Below the pieces are notes generated by a model that was not told where the DNA came from, ran no database searches, and saw nothing but the letters and a program-made list of their open reading frames with translations. DNA of 64,000 bases, taken from contig JANRKO010000050.1 of the NCBI GenBank assembly GCA_033763455.1, forward strand, positions 1 to 64,000, given 5' to 3'. Position numbers and translations under genes: made by a program. This stretch comes from Polyangiaceae bacterium (GTDB taxonomy: Bacteria > Myxococcota_A > Polyangia > Polyangiales > Polyangiaceae). Positions 8,690 to 18,236 of the stretch are shown here, piece by piece. Within the stretch, counting starts at the first letter, position 1, and each line of letters starts with the position of its first letter.

Positions 8690-11600
8690 ATGACGACGAC
8701 CACCGCACCGAACGCACAGGCATGGCTTGCCAGGGAGGCAACGTCGATCGGCCCGTTCGTCGTTCGGCTCGACGGTGATCGTGTCGGCTTCGGAGCGCTC
8801 GCGACGGGCCACTGGGTCGTCGTAGTCGACGCGGCGGGCGCACTGAAGCGTGTGGGGCGCATCCTCCGCATCCGCGCCGACCTCGAAGCGACCACGCTCT
8901 ACTTCGACAAGTTGCACACGGTGACAGTGGCGGGCTCGCTCGCCGACATCGGGCTGACGCTTCCCACCGGGCTCGTCACGCGGCTGCGCCCCGAGGACCT
9001 GTCAGCGGTTCTCGCACGCGACGGCGTGTTGTCGTCGGACGATGTTCCGCTCATCCAAGACGCCGCCTACGTGCGGGATCTGCTCGAGCTGGCGACGCGC
9101 GATGACCTGCTTGGGCCCGCCAACGGTCCCGAGGAGCTGGTCGTCGACATGAGCGTTCGCGACCGCTACCTCGTCGGCAAGCTCGCGCCGCGCGCTCCGG
9201 GTGACGCGACGACGGCGAGCGAGGTCGAACCCGCAGCGGCCTCGGACGAAGAGAACGACTCGGCGCAAGAGAACGACGCCCCGCTCCACGAACCGGGTGC
9301 CGAGTTCAACCGCGCGAGCGGGCGTGTCGAGCCCGACGAAGACGCGCTCGACGAGATCGACACGACCAACAACCAGTCGCTCGTGCCGTCGAGTCTGGGC
9401 CTCACGTTCTGCGTCGGTCCCGACGTGAAGACGCTCGACGTCACCGCACGCTGGGGCAGCTATGCGCGTGTTCCGAAGGAGGAACACGAGTACACGCGCC
9501 CGCGGAAGAACCGCGAGACGGGCGAAGTCCAAGAGACGAAGGTGAAGGTCTGGCGCCGCTCGCCGCGCGGTGGGCTCGTGACGCTCACGCTTGAGGACGG
9601 CCCCATCAAGCCACTCGCACCCGACAGCGAGCAGGACGAGGTTCGCATCCAGGGAGCCGTGCGCACCAACGCCAAGGGCGAACGCCTCGTCACGCTGTTC
9701 CTGGTCAACGACCAGCGCGAGCCCGAGACGAATCGCGACAGCGCCTGGCTTTTTCAGCCCGAGCTGAGCGTGAAGGGCGCGGGTAAGGCAGCCGGGACGC
9801 CGGTGTTCCTGCGTCGCCCAAGCAACGACATCGTCGTGGACGACGCCGAGCGCGACCACCTCGGGCTCATCTACCGGCGCCGCGTGGAGTTCGCCGTGGG
9901 TCACGGCGTTGCCGTCCACGCCGAGACGCCCGACGACGACCTGACGCGCGCCGTCGAGGTCCGCACCGAAGTCATCCCGAGCTTCGAGGTGCCCTTCACC
10001 GAGACGCCGGGCCTCGATCCCGACGATCGCCCCGCGATGAAGAAGATGGTCGAGCGGGGCTGGCTCGACATGCAATCGCTCGCGGATCTCGACAAGGCCG
10101 AGCTCGAAGAGGCGCTGAAGACGCTCGTCGACGACTACGCCGCGTGGATTGGCGACCAGCGCGCGCGCGTCGGCAAGGAGATCAAGGGTTACGACGCCCC
10201 GGCCAACGAGGCCCTCGACCGTTGCAAGACCACCCTCGAGCGCCTGCGCGCAGGGTTGAAGGTGCTGCTCTCCGACCCGAAGGCGCTCGACGCATTCCGC
10301 TTTGCCAACCGCGCGATGGCCCGCCAGCGCGTCCGAGGCATCTACGCACTGAAGCGTCGTCGCGGCGAGGAGCTGACCTTCGACTCCGTCGACGTGCGGA
10401 AGAACCGCTCGTGGCGCCCGTTCCAGCTCGCCTTCCTGCTTCTGTCGATCCCGTCGCTCGCCGACCCGAAGCACCCGGACCGCACGAGCCCCGCCGAAGC
10501 TTTCGCCGACCTACTCTGGTTCCCCACGGGCGGTGGCAAGACCGAGGCGTACTTGGGCGTTGCCGCCTTCGCGATGGGCATCCGACGCTTGCAGGGCGTC
10601 GTGGAGAACCTCGACGGTGGCCGCGGGCTCACCGTCATCATGCGCTACACGCTGCGCCTCCTGACGCTGCAGCAGTTCCAGCGGGCCGCGACGCTGCTTT
10701 GCGCGATGGAGATCATCCGCAGCGGGGATGTCGCTAAGTGGGGCGCGGAACCGTTCACGCTCGGGCTGTGGGTCGGCAACAAGGTGACGCCGGGGACCAC
10801 CGAGACCTCGCACCAAGCGATCGAGGCCATCCGCGACAAGGACCGCAACCGTGCCGGCATCGCGTCGCCCGCGCAGCTCACGAGCTGCCCGTGGTGCGGC
10901 ACCGAGATTCAGCCCGGACGCGACATCGAGGTCGACAAGACCGCTGGGCGGACCGCCATCTACTGCGGCGACAAGCTCTCGCAGTGCGAGTTCAGCAAGA
11001 CGAAATCGAGCGGCAACGCGCACCCCGGGCTGCCGGTGAAGCTCGTCGACGAGGAGATCTACCACCGGCCTCCGACCATGATGATCGCCACCGTCGACAA
11101 GTTCGCGATGATGGCGTGGCGCGCCGAGGTGCGGACGCTCTTCGGCAACGTGCGTGAAGAGTGCGAGCGCCACGGACTGCTCTGGCCGGGCCATGACTGC
11201 GGCGGCGGCCACAAGGCGCGGAAGCCTCACCCCGGTGCGAAGGTCAAAGCGGTGCGCGGTGTGCGCCCGCCGGACCTCATCATTCAAGACGAGTTCCATC
11301 TGATCAGCGGACCGCTCGGAACGATGGTTGGTCTGTACGAGACCGCCGTCGACGACCTCTGCTCGTGGAAGATCGGGAAGACCAAGGTGCGCCCGAAGGT
11401 GGTCGCATCGACCGCAACCGTCCGACGCGCGGCCGACCAGGTGCGGAACGTCTTCATGCGGCGCCTCGCGATCTTCCCGCCCAAGGCGCTCGACGTGGAA
11501 GATGACTTTTTCTCGGTGCAGCGCGCGGTCGAGAGCAAGCCGGGGCGCCGGTACATGGGCATCTGCTCGCCGGGCAGTTCACGTCCTGCCGTGCTGATCC

Positions 11601-12697
11601 GCACGTACACCGCGTTCCTCACGGCGGCGCAGGGACTCTTCGATGCCTTCGGGAAGGTGGCCGACCCGTACATGACGATGGTCGGCTACTTCAACTCACT
11701 GCGCGAGCTCGGCGGCATGAAGCGCCTCGCGGAAGACGACGTCCAGACCCGTTCGTACCGCGTGAAGATGAGCCTCGTGCAGCGGCCTGGGCTCGAGCAG
11801 CGGAGCGTCTCGACCATCGCCGAGCTGACCTCGCGCGTGAGCAACGCCGACATCCCGAAGTACCTCGACCAGCTTGAGATTCCCTTCGACGCGGCGTACG
11901 ACACCAATGCGGCGCGGCTTGCGAAGAACCACCGTGCTCCCGACGTTCCTCGACCCATCGACGTCGTGCTCGCGACCAACATGCTTTCGGTCGGTGTCGA
12001 TGTCAGCCGTCTGGGTCTCATGGTCGTGAACGGGCAGCCGAAGGGAGCCGCGGAGTATATCCAGGCCACCAGCCGCGTTGGTCGCACAGAAAGGTCTCCA
12101 GGTCTTGTCGCAGCGGTACTCACGTGGGCGCGGCCGCGTGACCTCTCGCACTACGAGACCTTCGAGCATTACCACGCGACGTTCTACCAACACGTCGAGG
12201 CGCAGTCGGTCACGCCGTTCTCTCCACGCGCGATGGACCGTGGGCTCACCGGGACGATGCTCGCCGTCATGCGGAACCGTTTCGAGCCTTTCGCGCCGAA
12301 CCCCGGTGCCGGTGCGCTGACGAGCCCGAGCCTCCCGGCCATGACGTCCACCGTTGACTCGGTCACCGAGCGCACGTGGGAGGTCACCGAGGATTCCGCG
12401 AAGAAGAACCTCGCGACCGCCGAGCTGAAGAGCCGCGCCGACGAGTGGGCGAAGGAGGCGGCGGTGCCAGGGCGCATGCTCGTCTACCAGAAGTACGGCG
12501 CGGGCCCGACCGCGTACGCGCTACTCGAATCCCCGGGCATCAAGCCGTGGTCGACGTGGACTGTGCCCATGTCGATGCGCGAGGTCGAGCCCGGAGTGAA
12601 TCTCGTGATGGAGGACGATCGCTCGAACCAAGACCCGGTCTGGCGCCCGCGCCCCACGCCCGAGGATGAAGCGACGGATGTGGAGGAGTCGCCATGA
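8690..12697 (+). CDS. drmA: DISARM helicase DrmA with N-terminal extension
   Basis: Walker A PTGGGKT, RYTLRLLTLQQFQR, DEFH, ATNMLSVGVDV and QATSRVGR. RBS GAGGAG lies just upstream. Confidence 0.92.
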   Translation: MTTTTAPNAQAWLAREATSIGPFVVRLDGDRVGFGALATGHWVVVVDAAGALKRVGRILRIRADLEATTLYFDKLHTVTVAGSLADIGLTLPTGLVTRLRPEDLSAVLARDGVLSSDDVPLIQDAAYVRDLLELATRDDLLGPANGPEELVVDMSVRDRYLVGKLAPRAPGDATTASEVEPAAASDEENDSAQENDAPLHEPGAEFNRASGRVEPDEDALDEIDTTNNQSLVPSSLGLTFCVGPDVKTLDVTARWGSYARVPKEEHEYTRPRKNRETGEVQETKVKVWRRSPRGGLVTLTLEDGPIKPLAPDSEQDEVRIQGAVRTNAKGERLVTLFLVNDQREPETNRDSAWLFQPELSVKGAGKAAGTPVFLRRPSNDIVVDDAERDHLGLIYRRRVEFAVGHGVAVHAETPDDDLTRAVEVRTEVIPSFEVPFTETPGLDPDDRPAMKKMVERGWLDMQSLADLDKAELEEALKTLVDDYAAWIGDQRARVGKEIKGYDAPANEALDRCKTTLERLRAGLKVLLSDPKALDAFRFANRAMARQRVRGIYALKRRRGEELTFDSVDVRKNRSWRPFQLAFLLLSIPSLADPKHPDRTSPAEAFADLLWFPTGGGKTEAYLGVAAFAMGIRRLQGVVENLDGGRGLTVIMRYTLRLLTLQQFQRAATLLCAMEIIRSGDVAKWGAEPFTLGLWVGNKVTPGTTETSHQAIEAIRDKDRNRAGIASPAQLTSCPWCGTEIQPGRDIEVDKTAGRTAIYCGDKLSQCEFSKTKSSGNAHPGLPVKLVDEEIYHRPPTMMIATVDKFAMMAWRAEVRTLFGNVREECERHGLLWPGHDCGGGHKARKPHPGAKVKAVRGVRPPDLIIQDEFHLISGPLGTMVGLYETAVDDLCSWKIGKTKVRPKVVASTATVRRAADQVRNVFMRRLAIFPPKALDVEDDFFSVQRAVESKPGRRYMGICSPGSSRPAVLIRTYTAFLTAAQGLFDAFGKVADPYMTMVGYFNSLRELGGMKRLAEDDVQTRSYRVKMSLVQRPGLEQRSVSTIAELTSRVSNADIPKYLDQLEIPFDAAYDTNAARLAKNHRAPDVPRPIDVVLATNMLSVGVDVSRLGLMVVNGQPKGAAEYIQATSRVGRTERSPGLVAAVLTWARPRDLSHYETFEHYHATFYQHVEAQSVTPFSPRAMDRGLTGTMLAVMRNRFEPFAPNPGAGALTSPSLPAMTSTVDSVTERTWEVTEDSAKKNLATAELKSRADEWAKEAAVPGRMLVYQKYGAGPTAYALLESPGIKPWSTWTVPMSMREVEPGVNLVMEDDRSNQDPVWRPRPTPEDEATDVEESP

Positions 12698-14535
12698 GTA
12701 AGACCCCGGTGGGCGAAGTCCGCCCGAGTCAGCTCCTCTGGACCTACGGACCCGGCGCGCTGATCGATCTCCCGAACCTTTCCGTCATCACGATGGGCAT
12801 CGACCGTTGGGAGCTTGGGCGCTGTCAGCCGATTCAGGAGGCGCGACTTCTCACGAACGTGCGCCGCGTGCTCGGCGACCAGGTCGAGTCGCTGCGCATG
12901 CCGCCGCTGACCGATAGCGACGTCGTCGACCCGTTCTCGGCCGAGGCGCTCGTAGGTGTTCCGGTGAAGCCGTTCCCCCGCTGGATGCGATGCGTGAAGT
13001 GCGGTCTGCTCTCGCCATTCGACGCGGGTCTGTTCGAGCTGAAGGCGAACCGCTATCGGCCAGAGAGGACGTGCTTCGTCCACAAGGGCTGCACCGGCTC
13101 GCGCGGCGACCAAAAGCCTCGCGCCGCCGACTCGGTGCCCGCACGCTTCCTGCTCGCGTGCCGCGAGGGGCACCTCGATGACTTCCCGTGGCACTGGTTC
13201 GTCCACGGCGGGCCGAGTGGCTGCAAGGGCACGCTGCGCTTCTTCGAGAGCGGCGCCTCGCTCCAGACCGAGAACCTGTGGGTGCGCTGCGATTCGTGCA
13301 GCGGCGCCAAGAGCATGGCGCAGGCTTTTGGTCAGGCAGGTAAGGATAACCTGCCGGGCTGTCGTGGGAGGCATCCGCACCTCAACAAGTTCGAGGACGG
13401 CTGCGCCGAAGTCCCGCGCGCCATCCTGCTCGGCGCAACGAACGGCTGGTTCCCGGTGACGCTCTCGGTGCTGGCCATCCCGCAGACGGGGAGCCCGCTC
13501 GCGCAGCTCGTCGGCGATGGCTGGACGTTCTTCGAGGACGTCGAGAGCGCCGTAGAAGTAGCGGCCGTCGTGAAGACACTGAAGAAGTCGGCGCAGCTCC
13601 CCGGCATCGACGCCTTCACGGGCGACCAGGTGTGGGAAGCCATCCAGGCCCACCGCGGTGGCACGGTGGGCGACGAGGACCTCGATCTGAAGGGGCCGGA
13701 GTGGGACGTGCTTACATCTCCGACGCCACCGACCGACTACCCGCACTTCATGAGCAAGAGGGCGGATGTACCCAAGGGCTTCGAGAAACATATCTCGCGC
13801 GTGCTGCTCCTGGAGCGGCTGCGTGAGGTGAATGCGCTCCTTGGCTTCACGCGCGTCGAGTCGCCAAATGAAGGTGCCGGAGCGGAACGTGCTCTACGCG
13901 CGCCCATTGGTCGTACCGCTCCTAACTGGGTGCCCGCCACCCAGGTCCACGGCGAAGGCATTTTCCTGCAGTTCTCGGAAAACGCGCTCGTGACCTGGGC
14001 TGCGGGACAGGGACCGCGCGCGCACGAAGCCGAGTTTCGTCGAGGACATCGTGGCTGGCGTGCCCGACGCGGCCTCGATCCCGATCCCGGCTTCCCCGGC
14101 ATGAGGTTCGCGCTACTCCACACCATCGCGCACTTGCTCATCCGCGAGCTCGCGCTCGATTGCGGCTACAACGCGGCGAGCATCCGGGAGCGAGTCTACG
14201 CCGACACCGAAGGCGGCAAGTCGCAGGCGGGCATCTTGATCTACACGGCAGCGGCCGACTCCGACGGCACGCTCGGCGGGCTCGTCGACCTCGGCAAGCC
14301 CGAGAACCTCGGAAGGCTGCTGCGCCAAGCGCTCGACCGCGCGAAGATCTGCGCCTCCGATCCGCTGTGCGCCGAGCACAACCCAAGGACCGACTCGTCG
14401 CTGCATGCCGCCTCGTGCCACGCGTGCTCGTTCGTCTCCGAGACTTCGTGCGAGTGCGGCAACCGCTATCTCGATCGCGCGCTCGTCATCCCGACGCTGC
14501 AAGTCAACGACGCGGCCTTCTTCGCAGGGATCTGA
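12694..14535 (+). CDS. drmB: DISARM DUF1998 protein DrmB
   Basis: N-terminal VRPSQLLWTYGPGALIDLP, several Cys pairs, and a C-terminal DUF1998 motif CASDPLCAEH...CHACSFVSETSCECGN. Overlaps the drmA stop. Confidence 0.92.
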   Translation: MSKTPVGEVRPSQLLWTYGPGALIDLPNLSVITMGIDRWELGRCQPIQEARLLTNVRRVLGDQVESLRMPPLTDSDVVDPFSAEALVGVPVKPFPRWMRCVKCGLLSPFDAGLFELKANRYRPERTCFVHKGCTGSRGDQKPRAADSVPARFLLACREGHLDDFPWHWFVHGGPSGCKGTLRFFESGASLQTENLWVRCDSCSGAKSMAQAFGQAGKDNLPGCRGRHPHLNKFEDGCAEVPRAILLGATNGWFPVTLSVLAIPQTGSPLAQLVGDGWTFFEDVESAVEVAAVVKTLKKSAQLPGIDAFTGDQVWEAIQAHRGGTVGDEDLDLKGPEWDVLTSPTPPTDYPHFMSKRADVPKGFEKHISRVLLLERLREVNALLGFTRVESPNEGAGAERALRAPIGRTAPNWVPATQVHGEGIFLQFSENALVTWAAGQGPRAHEAEFRRGHRGWRARRGLDPDPGFPGMRFALLHTIAHLLIRELALDCGYNAASIRERVYADTEGGKSQAGILIYTAAADSDGTLGGLVDLGKPENLGRLLRQALDRAKICASDPLCAEHNPRTDSSLHAASCHACSFVSETSCECGNRYLDRALVIPTLQVNDAAFFAGI

Positions 14536-15296
14536 TGCAGGCGCTCCTCAATGCGGTCGTAGACCTCGTAGCTCTCGTCTCTCCAGCGAAGGTGCGCACG
14601 GTCGCATCGGCGCTGCGCGTGCTCGCGAACCCCGGCGCGGCTCCGAGCGCGAGCACGCTCGCCGACACGCCTGCAGCGCGCGCTGCCGTCGGGCGCGTCG
14701 TCGCAGCGTGGGGGCAAGCGCAGGCCAGCGGCGACGAAGTCGCGGGTATGCTCCTCGGCGCATCAGAAGCCCGACTGCGCGTCGAACGCGAGCTGAGCGT
14801 CGAGCTGGTGTGGACCGGTCCGACGACGCGCTTCGTCCCCACGCGCAGGACCGAGCAGGTGCTGCTGGATCTCATTGCAAGTGCCACCAAGGACTTCTTC
14901 CTCGTGAGCTTCGTCGCGTACGACGTCCCCAGCGTCGTCGCCGCGCTGAACGACGCTGCAAGCCGTGGCGTTCGCCTGCGCATCCTGCTCGAGGCTTCGA
15001 CGAGCCACGGCGGCACTCTGAACTACGACCCGACGGCCACGATGCGTCTGCGTGTTCCGTCGGCGGAGCTCTTCTCGTGGAAGGAGAAGCCCGAGCCCTT
15101 CGTTGACGGCAAGGTCCACGCGAAGGTCGCGGTGGTCGATGGCGCGCGCGCCTTCATCACGAGCGCCAACTTAACCGGTCACGCGCTCGAGAAGAACATG
15201 GAGGCCGGCGTGCTTATCAACGGTGGTCCGGTCCCAAAGACTCTGAGCGACCACCTGCAGGCGCTCATCGACGTGAGGGTCATCGACCATGTTTGA
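14535..15296 (+). CDS. drmC: DISARM phospholipase D-family nuclease DrmC
   Basis: ELVWTGP, a single HKD motif HAKVAVVD, and SANLT...NMEAG. ATG overlaps the drmB stop (TGATG). Confidence 0.9.
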   Translation: MQALLNAVVDLVALVSPAKVRTVASALRVLANPGAAPSASTLADTPAARAAVGRVVAAWGQAQASGDEVAGMLLGASEARLRVERELSVELVWTGPTTRFVPTRRTEQVLLDLIASATKDFFLVSFVAYDVPSVVAALNDAASRGVRLRILLEASTSHGGTLNYDPTATMRLRVPSAELFSWKEKPEPFVDGKVHAKVAVVDGARAFITSANLTGHALEKNMEAGVLINGGPVPKTLSDHLQALIDVRVIDHV

Positions 15297-15385
15297 AGGC
15301 GTCCAGAGGCCATCCATTCAAGTAAGCAATCAATGCGGCCACTGCCTCCGCCCTTCGCGGAGCACACGAGCATCTATTCTACCAT

Positions 15386-16546
15386 TCACCTTCGCCACCC
15401 CCCCCAACTTATCCCTGCCAACTTCCGATGCACGGCCGGGAGTGGAAGCTCCGCGAGCTCCTTCCGGCTACACCAGCGAACCACGCGCGGTCGCTCTGTA
15501 GCTGCCACATTTCCCCTGCGCCCTTCGTGTCCCGCCCGTACTCCGCTTCCACCAGAGGTAAGCTGTAGCGTGCAGTAATGCGCCTCTAAAGTAATCCGAT
15601 ACCGTGTAACACTATGCTTCAGCGTCGCCGCGTGCTCACCCACTTGAAGCTTGCCCCCCAGCTGTTCCCGCCCAAGCCGAACCAACGCTTCTGTCGCGGT
15701 CTCCTTGCTCTTTCGTTCAACGTTAGGAAACTGCCACATTCCCGCCCAGCGTGGCGCATCCTCGGGAACTTGATACACCAAGAATCGCCCGCGCCGTTGA
15801 ATCAGCGCCGCCACCATAGCCACCTGTGTCACGGCTTGGCGCGCTGGAAGCTCAGGTAACGTTTGAGTGAGGCCTCGTTTTCGTGCTTCGCACAGAGCAT
15901 GCAGGGGGCAGGTGAGGCACAGCGGCTTCTGTGGAGTGCACACGAGCGCCCCAAACTCCATCAACGCTTGATTGGAGTCGCGGGCGCGGCCAGGAGCGAT
16001 GAGTTGTTCGGCCAATTTCCAAATCTCACTCTTTAACGGCGCGCGTGTTGGGTCCCCACGCAAACCAAACAAACGTGTAATCACTCGGACCACGTTGCCG
16101 TCTACCAGCGGCACGGCTTGGTTGAAGGCGATGCTGGCGATGGCTCCGGCCGAATAAGGACCAATGCCGGGTAACTTCAGCAACTCTTCAACACTCTCGG
16201 GGATCGAGCCTTTATGTTCTGCCACCACGGCGCGCGCACCCGCAAGTAAACGTCGCGCGCGTGAGTAGTATCCCAGCCCCTGCCACAGCTTGAGCACGTC
16301 TGCTTCCTCAGCGGACGCAAGCTCCCGTATGTTCGGGAACCGATTGAGCCAGCGCGCGTAATACGGTCGGACCGTTTCCACTTGGGTTTGCTGGAGCATC
16401 ACTTCGCTAACCCAGATGGCGTAGGGGTCAGAAGTGCGACGCCAGGGCAGGTCCCGCCGATGTGCGGTGTACCAGCGCAAAAGCTCGGCGGCTAAGTGCG
16501 TGGGCTTTGGCGCTGAATTCTCGTTGTTTTTCGGGGAACGAGGCAT
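15386..16546 (-). CDS. mutY: A/G-specific adenine glycosylase
   Basis: RDLPWR, WVSEVMLQQT, GLGYYSRA, HhH LPGIGPYSA, VDGNV, 4Fe-4S motif CTPQKPLCLTCPLHALC and a C-terminal NUDIX-like domain. Confidence 0.95.
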   Translation of the reverse strand: MPRSPKNNENSAPKPTHLAAELLRWYTAHRRDLPWRRTSDPYAIWVSEVMLQQTQVETVRPYYARWLNRFPNIRELASAEEADVLKLWQGLGYYSRARRLLAGARAVVAEHKGSIPESVEELLKLPGIGPYSAGAIASIAFNQAVPLVDGNVVRVITRLFGLRGDPTRAPLKSEIWKLAEQLIAPGRARDSNQALMEFGALVCTPQKPLCLTCPLHALCEARKRGLTQTLPELPARQAVTQVAMVAALIQRRGRFLVYQVPEDAPRWAGMWQFPNVERKSKETATEALVRLGREQLGGKLQVGEHAATLKHSVTRYRITLEAHYCTLQLTSGGSGVRAGHEGRRGNVAATERPRVVRWCSRKELAELPLPAVHRKLAGISWGGWRR

Positions 16547-16651
16547 GGCTTTGGGACAGAATGGCCGCTCGAGTGGGCCATCTCACCTCACCCTACGTGG
16601 CGAAGCTTGTTCCGGGGCGCGCCTCCGTGACAAGATCAAGCTTCCCCAAAG

Positions 16652-17776
16652 ATGTCTGACATCCGCGTCTTCCCCTTAGAATCCATCCGAACTGACGGTT
16701 GGTTCGAGCGGATAGGCGACAGCATCGGAAGCTTCCAAGCCCTCTGCGATATTGTAGGCGCACACTTCTTTGCGTTCGCGATGATCACGGGGGCTCGCAT
16801 CACTGCGCTCACTGTCGATCGACGCAACCCCGATAACACAATGGTCGACTTCGCTGTCGGCGGCGACGACGCCGATAGCTTGCAGGCGGAGCCGCAGCGC
16901 CTAACGCTCGCGGAGTTCCGCAAACGCCTTGTGGGGGCGCTCATTGTGGACGACGAAGTGGGTCCCACCCCCGTTCGGCCTACGGATACCGAGGCGCTCC
17001 AACGCCATGTGGGGGTTCGGTACCTGCTGCTTGCCCCCATTTATGGTTACAGCTTGCTGGAGCTCACGGCGGGCCCCACAGGGTCGCACATCCGCGTGCT
17101 CCACGACGGCGTCGAAGAGTTGCATCCGCTCATCGCTTTTCGAGGTCGCTTGCGGGCCCACGTGCGGGAGGAGCTTTCCCGCTCCCAAAGGTCCGCGAGC
17201 GCGATTGATCTCACGCGCGTTGCGGAGGCTGAAAAAGCGGCAAGAGCTGGAGAGCACGTTCGGGTTTTGGAGCTGCTCGGCGCCTGGCCTGCACCACTCG
17301 CGATTTTTCTGCGCACGCCCGAGGGGCAGCAGCTCAGCGCCGAGACGCGCGCGACGATTGCGCGCGGGCTTGGATTGCTCGGGAGCGGCTGCATTGCACT
17401 CGACGAAGTAAATAAAGGGGAAGAAATTCTCCGGCTCGCCATCCAATACGCGGGGGATGGGCCAGAGGCGTCAGATATTTACCGGCGTTTGGGCCTTTCC
17501 ATTGTGCAAGATGGCCGCCCCGGGGAGGCAATCGGTCCGCTCCGCAGGGCTGCCAATCTCGGCTCGCCAGCCGATGCGATTTGGCCAATTCTCGCAGAGG
17601 CCTTTGCCGCACGGGGGCGGAACTTGGCTGCGCTGGCCGCAGCTCTAGAGGGACAAGCGGGCGGGGTTCCTCCAGAACGCTTTTCAGAGGCTCGCAACCG
17701 CGCAGAGAGCGCACTCGGGGAGCCACTTAAGGCGTGGAATGAGCTCGTTTCAAAGCTTGCGAAGCCCGCCAATTAA
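16652..17776 (+). CDS. Hypothetical protein with C-terminal TPR-like helical repeats
   Basis: 374-aa ORF with helical Ala/Leu-rich repeats (GRPGEAIGPLRRA). Confidence 0.6.
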   Translation: MSDIRVFPLESIRTDGWFERIGDSIGSFQALCDIVGAHFFAFAMITGARITALTVDRRNPDNTMVDFAVGGDDADSLQAEPQRLTLAEFRKRLVGALIVDDEVGPTPVRPTDTEALQRHVGVRYLLLAPIYGYSLLELTAGPTGSHIRVLHDGVEELHPLIAFRGRLRAHVREELSRSQRSASAIDLTRVAEAEKAARAGEHVRVLELLGAWPAPLAIFLRTPEGQQLSAETRATIARGLGLLGSGCIALDEVNKGEEILRLAIQYAGDGPEASDIYRRLGLSIVQDGRPGEAIGPLRRAANLGSPADAIWPILAEAFAARGRNLAALAAALEGQAGGVPPERFSEARNRAESALGEPLKAWNELVSKLAKPAN

Positions 17777-17801
17777 AACCGGCCGAGAGGGGATAGGCGC
17801 A

Positions 17802-17831
17802 TTGACACCGGCCGCGCGCGGGGACTAGATA
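17802..17831 (+). promoter_or_regulatory. Putative sigma70 promoter of the nuo cluster
   Basis: TTGACA-N18-TAGATA about 40 nt upstream of nuoA. Confidence 0.45.
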
Positions 17832-17870
17832 CGAGCGCGTTTTTACGGAAATTCCAAAGGTTTCGCTCAC

Positions 17871-18236
17871 ATGTCACTCGTAGACCTCTACTTGCCGATG
17901 GCGATCATGTTCGTGATTGCCATCGCGATTTGTTCGGGGATGTTTTTTGGTGGTCAGCTGGTTGGCCCGAAAAATCCAACTCCTGAAAAGATGATGCCGT
18001 TTGAGTGCGGTAACGACAGTGAAGGCGGCGGTGCGGCTCGTCTCAGCGTTAAGTTCTACCTGTCGGCGATTCTATTCGTAGTTTTCGATATCGAAGTGGT
18101 TTTCATGTACCCATGGGCCATCCTCTTTAAGGGGCTCGGCTGGACGGGGTTCATGAGTATGTTGGGCTTTATCGCCGCGCTCTTAATTGCGCTGGCTTAT
18201 TGTTGGAAAAAGGGTGCGCTCGAATGGGAGAGCTGA
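17871..18236 (+). CDS. nuoA: NADH-quinone oxidoreductase subunit A
   Basis: PFECG, FYLSAILFVVFDIEVVFMYPWA, KKGALEW. Confidence 0.95.
   Translation: MSLVDLYLPMAIMFVIAIAICSGMFFGGQLVGPKNPTPEKMMPFECGNDSEGGGAARLSVKFYLSAILFVVFDIEVVFMYPWAILFKGLGWTGFMSMLGFIAALLIALAYCWKKGALEWES

Larger units (their letters stand above)
1..15385. mobile_element. Right end of a putative genomic/defence island
   Basis: Defence operon with visibly higher GC3 and very few CTAG sites, switching abruptly to a more AT-mixed, CTAG-rich core sequence at ~15.3 kb. No integrase or left boundary is in the window. Confidence 0.55.

Noticed and set aside
485..13791. Long minus-strand ORFs (e.g. 485-2113, 1675-3804, 7694-8917, 9002-10474, 12484-13791)
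   Set aside because: They are antisense shadows of GC3-rich genes with clear motifs and have no recognisable domains.
14160..14534. Longer 378-aa version of drmC
   Set aside because: The extension overlaps drmB and is Arg-rich nonsense. The ATG at 14535 is coupled to the drmB stop.
2..15296. BREX or plain type I/IIG R-M interpretation
   Set aside because: No PglZ, BrxC or HsdS is seen. Helicase + DUF1998 + PLD + SNF2 + adenine MTase fits class I DISARM.
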